Part shown: one piece after another, positions 26,598 through 26,791 of the stretch
How positions within the stretch are numbered: position 1 is the first letter of the stretch
Layout: each line of letters starts with the position of its first letter
Source of the DNA: an uncultured Gemmatimonadaceae bacterium
GTDB taxonomy: Bacteria; Gemmatimonadota; Gemmatimonadetes; Longimicrobiales; Gaopeijiaceae
Assembly (NCBI GenBank): GCA_964567985.1
Contig: CAZMPV010000001.1
Coordinates: 1-26,791, forward strand
Length of the DNA: 26,791 nucleotides
Direction of reading: 5' to 3'
Position numbers and translations under genes: made by a program
Notes under the pieces: generated by a model
Seen by the model: only the letters and a program-made list of their open reading frames with translations
Database searches by the model: none
What the model was told of the DNA's origin: nothing

Positions 26598-26609
26598 CGT
26601 CGTCTCCCG

Positions 26610-26791
26610 TCAGCTCCGGTCGGCGTCGGCGGTCCACTGTCCGATCCGGAAGATCACGAACTCCGCCGGCTTCGTCGGGGCGATCCCGACGAGGCAGATC
26701 ATCCGGCCGTTGTCCAGGTCGTTCTGGGTCATGGTGGTCCGGTCGCACCGCACGAAGAACGCCTCGTCGGGGGTCTCACCCATGAGGGCCC
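26610..26791 (-). CDS. Phage tail sheath protein 1, C-terminal 59 aa (partial; runs off the window)
   Basis: Not in the ORF track. The minus strand reads ...ALMGETPDEAFFVRCDRTTMTQNDLDNGRMICLVGIAPTKPAEFVIFRIGQWTADADRS*, with TGA at 26610-26612. This is a canonical sheath C-terminus. Confidence 0.93.
   Translation of the reverse strand, partial: ALMGETPDEAFFVRCDRTTMTQNDLDNGRMICLVGIAPTKPAEFVIFRIGQWTADADRS

Overview
This very GC-rich window (>70% by eye, not computed) is almost entirely one minus-strand, tightly coupled operon. It encodes an extracellular contractile injection system (eCIS; Afp/PVC/MAC-like tailocin). Transcription order, right to left: sheath 1 (3' end only), tube 1, long sheath 2, tube 2, Afp7-like tube initiator with LysM, small Afp6/plug-like protein, gp27-like hub, gp5-like spike, unknown 560-aa protein with a long hydrophobic segment, gp25 wedge, baseplate J, NHL-propeller/tail-I wedge protein, tape-measure-like protein, Afp15-like AAA+ ATPase (interrupted by a 1-nt frameshift at ~10546-10553), 441-aa acidic coiled-coil protein, two paralogous fibre/crown-like proteins (485 and 1450 aa), and a DUF4157 effector. 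Three observations stand out. (1) The effector's C-terminal domain aligns by eye with the Bacillus spore-coat transglutaminase Tgl and keeps Cys/Glu/His. (2) The 1450-aa protein carries what look like captured SusC-type (CarboxypepD_reg) and SusD-type segments plus degenerate OmpA-like repeats. (3) No PAAR gene lies in the window, and its usual slot holds a hydrophobic unknown protein. The last 20 codons of a convergent plus-strand gene lie at 1-60. All family calls come from motif recognition by eye; no database search was run. The long plus-strand ORFs are antisense shadows.
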